A DNA stretch of 64,000 nt from Candidatus Cloacimonadales bacterium (lineage in GTDB: Bacteria; Cloacimonadota; Cloacimonadia; Cloacimonadales; JAFGVF01): the NCBI GenBank assembly GCA_963677495.2, contig CAXXOU010000003.1:160001-224000 (forward strand), given 5' to 3'. The notes below the pieces were generated by a model that made no database searches, was not told where the DNA came from, and was given only the letters and a program-made list of their open reading frames with translations. Below are positions 1 through 8,939 of this stretch, in pieces. Made by a program: the position numbers and the translations under genes. Position 1 is the first letter of the stretch. Each line of letters opens with the position of its first letter.

Positions 1-489
1 GAAACCTTTTACTTCATCGGGGTAACGGGCTTCGGATTGCTAACATCAGCTACTCTTAAAGGTAAAAGTTTTAAAAGACTTGGATCTTTCGCATATGTTC
101 TAGCAGGTATCATCACACTCTTTTCTCACAAAGCAGTAGACATAAGCTTAGAGTTAGGTGGGACAATTATCAAAACAACTTCATTACTTCTAGCTTGCTC
201 AAACACAACTTATATCTCAAATCTTATGATTGCACCAAAAGCTTCTTATATAGATGGACTTATAGATATCGTTAACATAAAGAATATGAGTAAGTTTAAA
301 CTACTTAGATTCATACCATCAGCTTATACCGGCAAACACATTAAGCATGAAGAAGTTGAATATTACAAAGCTTCAAAAGTCAGAATCATTTCAACTCCCC
401 CACTAATCCCTTCACCGGATGGTGAGTTTGTAGACGAAACACCCATTACCATTGAATGTTTAAAGCAACTTCTACCTGTACTTGTTTAA
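1..489 (+). CDS. Diacylglycerol kinase-family (YegS/BmrU-like) lipid kinase, C-terminal part; truncated by window start
   Basis: Frame open from base 1 (ETFYFIGVTGFG...); motifs SNT..I....IAPKA...DGLIDIV, G.H, DGE..TP..IE typical of the DAGK accessory domain. Confidence 0.8.
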   Translation, partial: ETFYFIGVTGFGLLTSATLKGKSFKRLGSFAYVLAGIITLFSHKAVDISLELGGTIIKTTSLLLACSNTTYISNLMIAPKASYIDGLIDIVNIKNMSKFKLLRFIPSAYTGKHIKHEEVEYYKASKVRIISTPPLIPSPDGEFVDETPITIECLKQLLPVLV

Positions 490-1271
490 TCCTCAACTGA
501 GTTGATAAGAATCGCGAAATACTCTTCTAGAGCATCTACCTCTCTCCAAGGTTCATGGCCACAATTATCAAGTAAGTAAAATTCATAATCTAATCCTAAA
601 TCTGATATAGGAAAATAAACTCCCTCCCAAGGATGAGGATCCCAATCACCATGAATAATTACAATGGGACAGGTCACTTTCTCAAGCGACTTCATTAAAC
701 TACCATCTCTTCTTATTTCAGCTGCTTCTTCCCAGACCTTCACATGTATCTCTGAGCTAAATCCTTCAGCAGGATAGGATTCAGTAATTGCATTATAATT
801 ATCACCTTTACAAGAAAGATAAGCGTACTCCAAGAGTAAGTCATCTTTGTTATGGCCAGACTCAGACTTAAGTTGTTGTTTTAACTCAGCTACAGTTACT
901 CTTTCCTCATCAGTTAATCGTGACAATCGAGTCGGAGTTATTGACTCTGCATATTTCGCTATAAAGGGGCCACTACAAACTAAGTAAAGCTTCTTTACTA
1001 ACTCAGGATAACGTTCCGCAAGCAATAAAACCAGCCAAGCACCCCAGGAATGCCCAACTGCATGGACCTTACCATCAGCCTGTTCACGAATCACTTGAGC
1101 CAACTCCTCAATCTGTGCATCAACACTATCTACAGTTTGAATTGCTTCAATTACACCTTTAGTCTTGGATAGCTCAACTGCTGTTGCTCGCATTCCACCA
1201 AAAGCTCCGGGTCCACCATGAACAACGACTATTTCATAAGGTGCATCTCCATGTAACATATAATTCTTCAT
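486..1271 (-). CDS. Alpha/beta hydrolase (proline iminopeptidase-like)
   Basis: HGGPG, GHSWG nucleophile elbow, HGDWD and CGHEPW acid/His motifs. Confidence 0.85.
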   Translation of the reverse strand: MKNYMLHGDAPYEIVVVHGGPGAFGGMRATAVELSKTKGVIEAIQTVDSVDAQIEELAQVIREQADGKVHAVGHSWGAWLVLLLAERYPELVKKLYLVCSGPFIAKYAESITPTRLSRLTDEERVTVAELKQQLKSESGHNKDDLLLEYAYLSCKGDNYNAITESYPAEGFSSEIHVKVWEEAAEIRRDGSLMKSLEKVTCPIVIIHGDWDPHPWEGVYFPISDLGLDYEFYLLDNCGHEPWREVDALEEYFAILINSVED

Positions 1272-1371
1272 ATATTATCCCCTATATTCTCTTTACAGAT
1301 ATCAATTAAAATTTTTATTGCCAGAGTTAGTTTCAAAACAATAATGATTTTGAAAAGGAAATTATTACGTC

Positions 1372-2451
1372 ATGGTTTTTAGTTATTATCTTACAAAAAT
1401 CCCATATTGCCTAACTTGGTACACTCTAAAACTTTTTCGAATAAAGAAAATGGGATACTTCTACTGTGGGGATGAGCTTGATTTGGAGATTTTTAAGTCA
1501 GTTCAAAGACACCTACAACCACTCCCGGTTATCGCAAAGAATAAGCAAATTCAATCGGACTTGGAAGGTTTGGGGATTAAATCTACTCTCCTACCTAAGT
1601 TCCCTGATTTTGTAATTATGACACGTCATGCTGCCCACAAATTCCCTTGCAATAAGATAACAAGAATCGGAATGCGACATGGACCTTATCATTTCAAAAA
1701 GTTCACAAATGCAAGTAATTATAATATGTTTGATGTGTTCTTCATGACTAGTTCAGAAGATGTGAGACATGGTGCTAAGATAGGAATTAAAAGTGCTATC
1801 GGTATGGGTTATCCTAAACTCGACTGTGCTTTTGATGGGACTTACAATACTGAAACCATATCCGATTTCAAGACAAAAAATAGGATTATTTCACACAAGA
1901 AGACACTCTTATTCTCCGCAACTTGGGAAGGTTCCGGTATGTCTGCTGTTGATAAATGGGCTAAGCAACTTGGCAAACTAACTGAAAAATACAATGTACT
2001 TGTAACTCTCCACCCATGGGTTAGCAAGGAATATAAAGATATTATCTCCTCAACAAAAGGAGTTACCCTAATCAAGGATAAAAACCTGGCTCCATGGATT
2101 ATGTCATCAGATATTTGCATTGGAGACACATCCTCTGTTTTAGCTGAGTTCTCAGCTCTTGGGAAACCTGTTATTACATTTAGAGTAGAGCAAGCTAACC
2201 GTCTTACAAATGAGATTATTGAACTCCTAGATTCCTTTACATACAGGGTAGACACATTCGAAGAACTAAGAGCCAAACTACGTGATTTAAGGAACGAAGA
2301 TCCTTTAAAGAGAGCTAGAACTCAAGCCAACGCAGTTATGTTTAACCATCTGGACGGCACTGCAGGCCTTCGAATTGCATCAGCCATTGTGAAACTCATT
2401 CCAGAGTTAAAGCTTCCTGAAATAGATTACTTCTTAGAGAATGTTGATTGA
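1372..2451 (+). CDS. CDP-glycerol glycerophosphotransferase (TagB/TagF-like) family protein
   Basis: HG, GYPKLD, LFSATW, LHP and SDICIGDTSSVLAEF..LGKPVI motifs. Confidence 0.75.
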   Translation: MVFSYYLTKIPYCLTWYTLKLFRIKKMGYFYCGDELDLEIFKSVQRHLQPLPVIAKNKQIQSDLEGLGIKSTLLPKFPDFVIMTRHAAHKFPCNKITRIGMRHGPYHFKKFTNASNYNMFDVFFMTSSEDVRHGAKIGIKSAIGMGYPKLDCAFDGTYNTETISDFKTKNRIISHKKTLLFSATWEGSGMSAVDKWAKQLGKLTEKYNVLVTLHPWVSKEYKDIISSTKGVTLIKDKNLAPWIMSSDICIGDTSSVLAEFSALGKPVITFRVEQANRLTNEIIELLDSFTYRVDTFEELRAKLRDLRNEDPLKRARTQANAVMFNHLDGTAGLRIASAIVKLIPELKLPEIDYFLENVD

Positions 2452-3130
2452 TACTCACTGCCATCTTTGCAGCTTTCCTAATCCTATGGAGATACTTAAA
2501 GAAGCATCTGACAACAATGTATCTGAGATTATCTCTATTTCATTGAACAGAACGGAACTTGATACTACGCTACGACTAAAATCAGATATGGTTAAACTCT
2601 ATGCAGGTGTACATCCTTTCTACAAAGAGAGTAACCATGATTTCATCAATCAGCTCCCATCTTTACTTAAAAATGGCATAATCCAAGGTATTGGTGAAAT
2701 TGGGCTTGATGCTAGAAATGCTGATATTGAGTGGCAGAAAAAGATACTTCTTACGCAATTGGACATTGCAAACCAATATGATGTTCCTGTTTCATTCCAC
2801 TGCATAAAACAGTATTATCAACTAGCTAAACTGCTTAAAGAGAACTTCCCGAATATCAGTGGTACTATTCATGGCTTTATCGGTAATAGTGAGATGTATC
2901 ATCTCTTCGATTCTTTCGATATAAAGTTTGGTATTAACACGGGAGTTTTAAACTCCCCCAAAACAATGAAAGTTTATAGTAAATCATGTAATCTTTCAAG
3001 ATTTGTACTTGAAACAGATGCTCCATACACGCATAATCATTCTTATCCAATGGATAAACATCCATACTATTACTTTTCCAAATTTATCGAGTCTCTATTT
3101 ATAAATTTTAACCTTAACATCGCTGATTAA
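2441..3130 (+). CDS. TatD family hydrolase
   Basis: MLIDTHCHL, GVHP, GIGEIGLD, HGF, LETDAPY. Confidence 0.9.
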   Translation: MLIDTHCHLCSFPNPMEILKEASDNNVSEIISISLNRTELDTTLRLKSDMVKLYAGVHPFYKESNHDFINQLPSLLKNGIIQGIGEIGLDARNADIEWQKKILLTQLDIANQYDVPVSFHCIKQYYQLAKLLKENFPNISGTIHGFIGNSEMYHLFDSFDIKFGINTGVLNSPKTMKVYSKSCNLSRFVLETDAPYTHNHSYPMDKHPYYYFSKFIESLFINFNLNIAD

Positions 3131-3233
3131 ATCATTGTAATAATGCAAACCAGGGCATTGAGAAAATTCCGGTTAGGCACATCTGAAGGTTTTTACAGCT
3201 TGAATCACAATTTATCATTGGTGTCATAGCGAG

Positions 3234-3306
3234 TTTCAGGTTTCTCAAAGGAAATTGTCAGAATGAAGTTTACGAGCGGGAACGGACTTCTTTGAGAAAT
3301 CTGAAA
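3234..3306. repeat. Long inverted repeat (about 19-bp arms)
   Basis: TTTCAGGTTTCTCAAAGGAA ... TTCTTTGAGAAATCTGAAA. Confidence 0.7.
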
Positions 3307-3322
3307 TATGTTGAATTCATAG

Positions 3323-3986
3323 GTAGTCTACGAGTTGGACTCATAGTGATGAGACCCTACCCTTTTTTTGGGGGTACATGACCCCGGGTTCACAAAACCC
3401 GGGCTACTCATATTCAGCCCATTTAGGGCTAGAAAGTAGTGCAAGTACTTCACTTGTAAGGAACTCTCTTATTTTGATTTAGCCTTGAAGAGGTGTCTGT
3501 TCAATAGCCACATGTTTTGCATGTGGTGATGTAATAAAAGAAGATTGTAGCCCTATAGGGGCAATGATTAACACATTTGAGCTCTTACGCCCCTTCAGGG
3601 CTAAAACAATGTCCGATATCTTTAACCCCAAGCGACAAGTTGTCGCATGGGGCTATTAAGCAATCGCTCTTTCAGAGCTGGAAGGTAGATCAACATTGCA
3701 AGTAAAATTGTAGGGCATGCAGCTTGCCTGCCCACAGTTCAAAAGAGCTGTATTCCCTGCAACAGAACCTGATTATAACCACTAAAGAGCTTTAGTAATT
3801 TATACCAATTAACGTCAGTGGAAGAGCTTAGCAGCGCTAAGCGGACAAGCTGGGAGCATGTCCTACAGGTTATTCCGTAGGGGCTTAACATCTTAAGCCC
3901 TCAGATGTATCCACATTATACTTATAAATTTGCATTCAACCGGATACTGAATCAGCTAACTTGGGCACAAGTTGTTGTGCCCCTAC
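3323..3986. repeat. Cluster of REP-like palindromes (GTAG-type inverted doublets and AGCCC..GGGC types)
   Basis: GTAGGGCATGCAGCTTGCCTGCCC 3710-3733 / ...GCATGTCCTAC 3843-3866; GTAGGGGCTTAACATCTTAAGCCC 3877-3900 / GGGCACAAGTTGTTGTGCCCCTAC 3963-3986; CCCGGGTT..AACCCGGG; AGCCCTATAGGGGC / GCCCCTTCAGGGCT; GTAGTGCAAGT..ACTTGTA at 3436. Confidence 0.75.
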
Positions 3987-4066
3987 GAAAAGTTCGACGT
4001 GTTACTTCGAAGTGCATTGTATGATATCAGACTTCTTGCTTGAAAACAAGCTTTCCTCATGATGCT

Positions 4067-4192
4067 CTCCCGCTATGCTCCCGAATATTCGGATAAACTT
4101 CGATAAACTTTCGATACTGTTACGGAAAACTTTGGCATTTGCCTAAGATTTCCCTAAGAGGTGCTAAGATACACCTAGGTTATCCCTAAGAA
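4067..4192. repeat. 11-bp-period degenerate tandem array
   Basis: CTCCCG at 4067/4078; TTCG at 4088/4099/4110, TACG at 4121; CTA(A/G)G at 4143/4154/4164/4175/4186. Confidence 0.7.
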
Positions 4193-4774
4193 TTATTCCA
4201 GTGCGTAGAGGGGGAGATATGGGTAAATACCCACATAGCAGAAATTAGTCGGGTGCATGTCTACCGAATGTGAAGTATCCACACGTGCTCCTCCCCCTGA
4301 CCACTCGGGGACCTCCCCCGCCTACCCCCGAGAGGCCTTCGGGAGGCTCGGGAGCAAAGTAGGTGTGGATATCAGACTTTCAATAGAGATCTAACAGAAT
4401 AAAACGAGTGACCCTTTAAGGGCATCTCAACATCATTTAACCATCATCGCTCTGTTACAATTATCATTCATCTCGAATGAGACACCTGTTGAATCCCTAT
4501 TGAAATGTTGTTATTCTTTAACAGGTTATAGACTCGAATTTGATAAGATTGAAATATCTGATGAATAATAATTATAGCAGTGCTGTAGCAGTTTACCAAT
4601 CTGGGGAGTCCTTTCTCCCCTTAGTTTGTTTTTTATCTTATTCAGTAAAACTGAGAATAGTTCTGAGAGGACTTTCAAGCGCTTTGCGAAGGGGATATAA
4701 CTCCTTTAAAATAGTGTTACACATTCAGTTCCCAGAAAATTTTTGGGAAGAAAATGAGAAAAAGCTTGACGGAT

Positions 4775-4790
4775 AGTTCGATATAGAACT
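4775..4790. promoter_or_regulatory. Putative MarR operator 1
   Basis: Palindrome AGTTC-GATATA-GAACT just after TTGACG (4766-4771) and directly upstream of marR; near-identical copy at 5248. Confidence 0.7.
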
Positions 4791-4799
4791 TATGGAGTC

Positions 4800-5231
4800 A
4801 TGAATAAGAATTACTCAAGCACGATTGCTCTGATATCAGAGATTAAAGAAAATGCAAATCGGTTTATTGTGAACCGATTGAAGGAAGTGGGAGTTGAAGG
4901 ACTCGTAGCTTCTCATGGATCCATACTTGTACTTCTGTATAAGAAAGGTCCTTGCAGAATGAATGATATCGCAAAGGCAATCAAGCGAAAGAAGAATACA
5001 GTCACAACCCTGATAACCAAGCTCGTTAACTACGGTTATGTGGAAGTTTTGGCTGACCCTTCCGATAGTAGAGTAAAAGTTGTGACCCTAACAGCAAAGG
5101 GAATGGATATTAAAGCTGACTTCTTTGGCATAGCCGAGGAGTTAATTGAGAAAACTTATGCAGGTATCGAAGAGGATAGAAGGGAAGAGTTCGCAGCAGT
5201 GCTATCAAAAATCAGAGATAACCTAGCATAA
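4800..5231 (+). CDS. MarR family transcriptional regulator
   Basis: 143 aa; KNTVTTLITKL...GYVE....SDSR...V.LTAKG winged-helix signature. Confidence 0.9.
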   Translation: MNKNYSSTIALISEIKENANRFIVNRLKEVGVEGLVASHGSILVLLYKKGPCRMNDIAKAIKRKKNTVTTLITKLVNYGYVEVLADPSDSRVKVVTLTAKGMDIKADFFGIAEELIEKTYAGIEEDRREEFAAVLSKIRDNLA

Positions 5232-5247
5232 AAAAATTTAAGAGAAA

Positions 5248-5263
5248 GGTTCGACATAGAACT
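5248..5263. promoter_or_regulatory. Putative MarR operator 2
   Basis: GGTTCGACATAGAACT, 14/16 identical to 4775-4790, just upstream of the next gene's RBS. Confidence 0.7.
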
Positions 5264-5276
5264 AAAGGGGTGTACA

Positions 5277-6101
5277 ATGAGAAGAATTATTCTAGTATTA
5301 ATCACAATACTAATTATAAGTAAATTAACAGGAGTTGAAATGAAAGGACAAATAGTTACAGCTGAGACAGAAGGAATTAAGATTCATAGCTATATCGGAT
5401 ATAGTGGAGATGTGTCAAACATAATTGAAACCGTAGATGCACTTATTCTGCTTGATGAACAACCAACTTTATCTGCCGGCAAAGAGCTTAGAGAGTATAT
5501 TAATGGATTAAACAAACCCCTAACTGATGTGATTATTCCAAGTCATGGAATCGGAATAAATGACTTCGGTGTTGAAGTTCTCGGAACAAAACCAATGCTT
5601 CAGTTCATCGAAAGTGGAGCGGCTAGCGGTTTCATCGAAGCATTTACTCAGAGATTTGGTGAGGATATGAACACAAATCTTCTTACTTTGAAACCTACTT
5701 TGGTAGAAGGAGAGAACAAGATTGGCAACTTGAAAGTAAGGGTAAAAACACATGTTAAGGATTATCCACCATGCTCTGATCTCTACTTCCTTGATGGGAA
5801 AGTTGTGTTTACTCATTTAGCTGCAAATCACACCCATCTGCTTATGTCCAACCCCGAAGAAGTGAATGAACTAACCAAGTTCTGGGAAAGCATTCAAGAC
5901 GCGGAATATGTTATGTCATCACACTTCGGTGTTATCGGCAAGGATGGTATTGTATATACATTAGAGTATGTAAAGAAAGCAGCAGAAGTATATAATAGTG
6001 CTGAATCCAAAGAGATGTTTATGCAGAAGATGGGTGAAGCATATCCCGATGCCGGACTTGATTTCTTTCTAGGAATGACAGCGGATAATTTCTATAAGTA
6101 G
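5277..6101 (+). CDS. Exported protein, probable degenerate metallo-beta-lactamase fold
   Basis: Signal-like N-terminus; SNIIE....LILLD, LNKPL..VII.SH and ..SSHFG pattern resemble the MBL fold, but no HxHxDH motif. Confidence 0.5.
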   Translation: MRRIILVLITILIISKLTGVEMKGQIVTAETEGIKIHSYIGYSGDVSNIIETVDALILLDEQPTLSAGKELREYINGLNKPLTDVIIPSHGIGINDFGVEVLGTKPMLQFIESGAASGFIEAFTQRFGEDMNTNLLTLKPTLVEGENKIGNLKVRVKTHVKDYPPCSDLYFLDGKVVFTHLAANHTHLLMSNPEEVNELTKFWESIQDAEYVMSSHFGVIGKDGIVYTLEYVKKAAEVYNSAESKEMFMQKMGEAYPDAGLDFFLGMTADNFYK

Positions 6102-6118
6102 CAGTATAGATTTAGAGG

Positions 6119-6148
6119 AAGCCTTCTGCAAATGCAGAGGGCTTTTTT
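6119..6148 (+). terminator. Rho-independent terminator
   Basis: AAGCCTTCTGCA-AA-TGCAGAGGGCTT followed by T tract. Confidence 0.85.
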
Positions 6149-6205
6149 GCATTCAGATAAAGGAATAGCTAGAATTATCTTGACTGTATAGGAAGACCCT
6201 ACAGA

Positions 6206-6219
6206 ACTGACCAGTCAGT
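6206..6219. promoter_or_regulatory. Putative TetR operator
   Basis: Palindrome ACTGAC-CA-GTCAGT downstream of TTGACT (6180-6185) and just before the tetR RBS. Confidence 0.65.
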
Positions 6220-6237
6220 ACTAAAGAGGAGCTAGAC

Positions 6238-6816
6238 ATGGCTAAAGATAAACGAGAAGCAATCTTGAAAGCAGCGGAGAAGATAATTAAAACTAAGCGT
6301 TTCCATGAAGTAAAAGTTGAAGATATTGCAACAGAAGCAGGTGTCGGAAAAGGCACAATTTATAGATATTTCAAGGATAAAGAAGAGCTTTATCTTGAAG
6401 TTGCTTTTGATGGTTTTATTTACATCACTGAGAAGTTGAATACTCTCTCACGTAAAGAGCTTAGTTTTACTGCAAAGCTACTTGAGATGTCTACCTGCTT
6501 CGAGAAGTTTGCAACCGGAAGAAGACCTGTTATGCGTGTTATGGATGAGATTCTTAACTTCGATAAAAGATTGGCAAAGTGTTATCGAACCCGACTTAGA
6601 GAACTCAAACGTGAGAACCGGGGAGCATTCAGGACACTCTTTCAGCAGGGACTGGATAACGATATTCTGCTCTTGGATATTACTGCTGCCCAGTATGCTG
6701 AATATTGGATTCATCAACTCATCGGCTTATCACATTTCCCTTCTGATGTTGAGAGAGTACCACTTGAAAAGCTGATTAAGTTACATTTGGGATATAACTA
6801 TGACAGCAATGAATGA
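6238..6816 (+). CDS. TetR/AcrR family transcriptional regulator
   Basis: KREAILKAA...VEDIATEAGVGKGTIYRYFKDKEEL HTH. Confidence 0.95.
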   Translation: MAKDKREAILKAAEKIIKTKRFHEVKVEDIATEAGVGKGTIYRYFKDKEELYLEVAFDGFIYITEKLNTLSRKELSFTAKLLEMSTCFEKFATGRRPVMRVMDEILNFDKRLAKCYRTRLRELKRENRGAFRTLFQQGLDNDILLLDITAAQYAEYWIHQLIGLSHFPSDVERVPLEKLIKLHLGYNYDSNE

Positions 6817-8158
6817 TTTCGAGAATGCTCCACCATGGAGACTCCTTTTAAAGTACTCAATCCCATCCATAGTAGCATCAAGTGTACAAGCTATTTATAA
6901 TATTGTTGATAGAATCTATATCGGGAAAGCACTCGGAACAGATGCACTTGCCGGTTTAACTCTGACTTTCCCTATCTTCATTCTATCGATTGCAATTGGC
7001 GTACTGCTTGGTAATGGTTCTTCATCAATTATCTCTATCAGATTAGGTGAGAAGAATAAGGAATCTGCAGAACAGACTTTGGGTAATACCTTCGGCCTCT
7101 TCGGGATTTTTGGCATAATAGTTTCGGTCTTGGGTGTTATCTTCATAAAACCGCTTTTAACGCTTGTTGGTGCAACAGAAGTGACAATGCCTTATGCCTA
7201 CAATTATCTGATCTGGTTCTTACCATTCATGATGTTTGACTTTATGGCAATGGGAACGAACGGTTGTATCAGAAGTGAGGGAAACCCTAACTTAGCTATG
7301 AAGATAGCAGTTACAGGTGCTTTAATCAATATTGTCCTTGATCCTATCTTCCTTTTTGGTTTCAACATGGGTGTAAAAGGTGTAGCCATAGCTACGGCAA
7401 TTGCCAGAATCTATACTGCCGGAAGCGTGATTTACCACTTTACTCTAAGCAAGAATCACTACTTAAAACTCAAAAGAGTTAATCTATTTCCAAAGTGGCA
7501 TATCGTAAAACCGATGCTAGCTATCGGAGTATCTCCCTTCAGTATGAATCTAGCTACTACATTGGTAGCAGTGTTTACTAATAGAGCATTACTTGCACAT
7601 GGAAATGACGTAGCACTTGGAGCATTAGGAGCAATCCAAAGTATCTTTATCATGATAGAGACACCACTTCGTGGCCTAATGATGGCAGGTCAGCCCATTA
7701 TCGGATTCAACTACGGTGCAAAAGTTTATGACAGAGTTAAGAAGACATTGCAGGTTTCATACCTATACTCTTTAGTAATCTCAAGCATCGGGTTTTTTGT
7801 TATTTTCATATTCGGAAGGTTCATGGTTTCACTCTTCAGTAAGGGTGATTCAAACCTAATTGATATTGGTTATAATGGCCTGCGAATCTACATGCTGATG
7901 ATACCACTTGTTGGGCTTCACATGATGTCAGTCATGTACTTTCAGGCTATAAATAAGCCGGCAAAAGCGATCATACTCAACCTGCTGAGAAAAGTAATCA
8001 TATATCTGCCACTTCTCGCGATATTGCCACGTTATTTTGGTTTAAACGGGGTATGGGGAACTGTACCTGTATCTGATTTTTTAGCAACGGTAGTAGCACT
8101 TGCATTTATCTATAATGAGTTTAAATCAGAGAAGATGGATTTGAGTCTTGCCGGATAG
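6800..8158 (+). CDS. MATE family efflux transporter (MepA-like)
   Basis: YNIVDRIYIG, IRSEGNP, NIVLDPIF..G..GVAIAT, QPIIGFNYGAK; 12-TM size. Confidence 0.92.
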   Translation: MTAMNDFENAPPWRLLLKYSIPSIVASSVQAIYNIVDRIYIGKALGTDALAGLTLTFPIFILSIAIGVLLGNGSSSIISIRLGEKNKESAEQTLGNTFGLFGIFGIIVSVLGVIFIKPLLTLVGATEVTMPYAYNYLIWFLPFMMFDFMAMGTNGCIRSEGNPNLAMKIAVTGALINIVLDPIFLFGFNMGVKGVAIATAIARIYTAGSVIYHFTLSKNHYLKLKRVNLFPKWHIVKPMLAIGVSPFSMNLATTLVAVFTNRALLAHGNDVALGALGAIQSIFIMIETPLRGLMMAGQPIIGFNYGAKVYDRVKKTLQVSYLYSLVISSIGFFVIFIFGRFMVSLFSKGDSNLIDIGYNGLRIYMLMIPLVGLHMMSVMYFQAINKPAKAIILNLLRKVIIYLPLLAILPRYFGLNGVWGTVPVSDFLATVVALAFIYNEFKSEKMDLSLAG

Positions 8159-8162
8159 ACAA

Positions 8163-8834
8163 TTAAAACATAAATGTTGCCTTTAGGAAAGGAATGAGGA
8201 TAAGATCTGAGTCACTCAAATCCTTAACAGGTCTTATTCCTCCTAAATCCCAACTTATGTTTTTACCTTTGAGTCGTACTCCCATGAATAGGGCCGTTTC
8301 TGACTCACTGGAATCCAGCTCAAAATAGCTATCTAATTCTGCAATAAGCGAAACTCGTTTGCTGACATCTGCTTTACCGCCAATCATGGTAATTAAGTTA
8401 TCAACATCATCCTTTCTGGAGTGGATGTAGCCGGTCCCTAAATGTAACGAGTAGTTGTTCTTACTTAAGGAAATAACGCTTCCAACCGACAGGACTTGAT
8501 GCACAATCGTATATGAGCCCCAGAAAGCCGATTCAATGGAGTTAAGCTTTACAAAGTTCTGCTTGAACCCTAGTGAGAATGATTCAAGTGCTTCTGTATT
8601 AATAGGGAAGATAGTTCCGGCACTCAAGTGAGTTCTATTTGTGATTGCATAGCTATATTGAATAATAGCTACTTCCACATCTGTTATCGCATGCATACCT
8701 TGTGGCATAGTAAATGCGGTTGGCATTACAAACAAAGATTGGTCAGCAGGATGAAAGGGAATTTTCTCATCTTGAGTTTGAGCACATAGTCCCATAGAGG
8801 TTATAATCATCAGTAACAAGAACAGTCTTTTCAT
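8163..8834 (-). CDS. Hypothetical exported protein, possible outer-membrane beta-barrel
   Basis: ATG at 8834 with GGAG RBS gives signal peptide MKRLFLLL..; amphipathic strands and C-terminal Phe. Confidence 0.55.
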   Translation of the reverse strand: MKRLFLLLMIITSMGLCAQTQDEKIPFHPADQSLFVMPTAFTMPQGMHAITDVEVAIIQYSYAITNRTHLSAGTIFPINTEALESFSLGFKQNFVKLNSIESAFWGSYTIVHQVLSVGSVISLSKNNYSLHLGTGYIHSRKDDVDNLITMIGGKADVSKRVSLIAELDSYFELDSSESETALFMGVRLKGKNISWDLGGIRPVKDLSDSDLILIPFLKATFMF

Positions 8835-8892
8835 AAGTAAACTCCAATACCAAAAATGAAACACAACAAACTTGATTGTCAATAGATATGTG

Positions 8893-8920
8893 AAAAGCCT
8901 GCCGAATATACGGCAGGCTT
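8893..8920 (-). terminator. Rho-independent terminator
   Basis: AAGCCTGCCG-AATATA-CGGCAGGCTT with A-run on the + strand, right after the stop at 8940. Confidence 0.75.
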
Positions 8921-8939
8921 CATAAGTTTATATCAGTTT

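Noticed and set aside
4200..4380. tRNA or known riboswitch in the GC-rich patch
   Set aside because: No cloverleaf, T-loop or riboswitch consensus that I can recognise; kept only as an unexplained hairpin
4540..4776. 78-aa ORF upstream of marR
   Set aside because: TTG start without RBS, no recognisable features, and it runs into the marR promoter/operator
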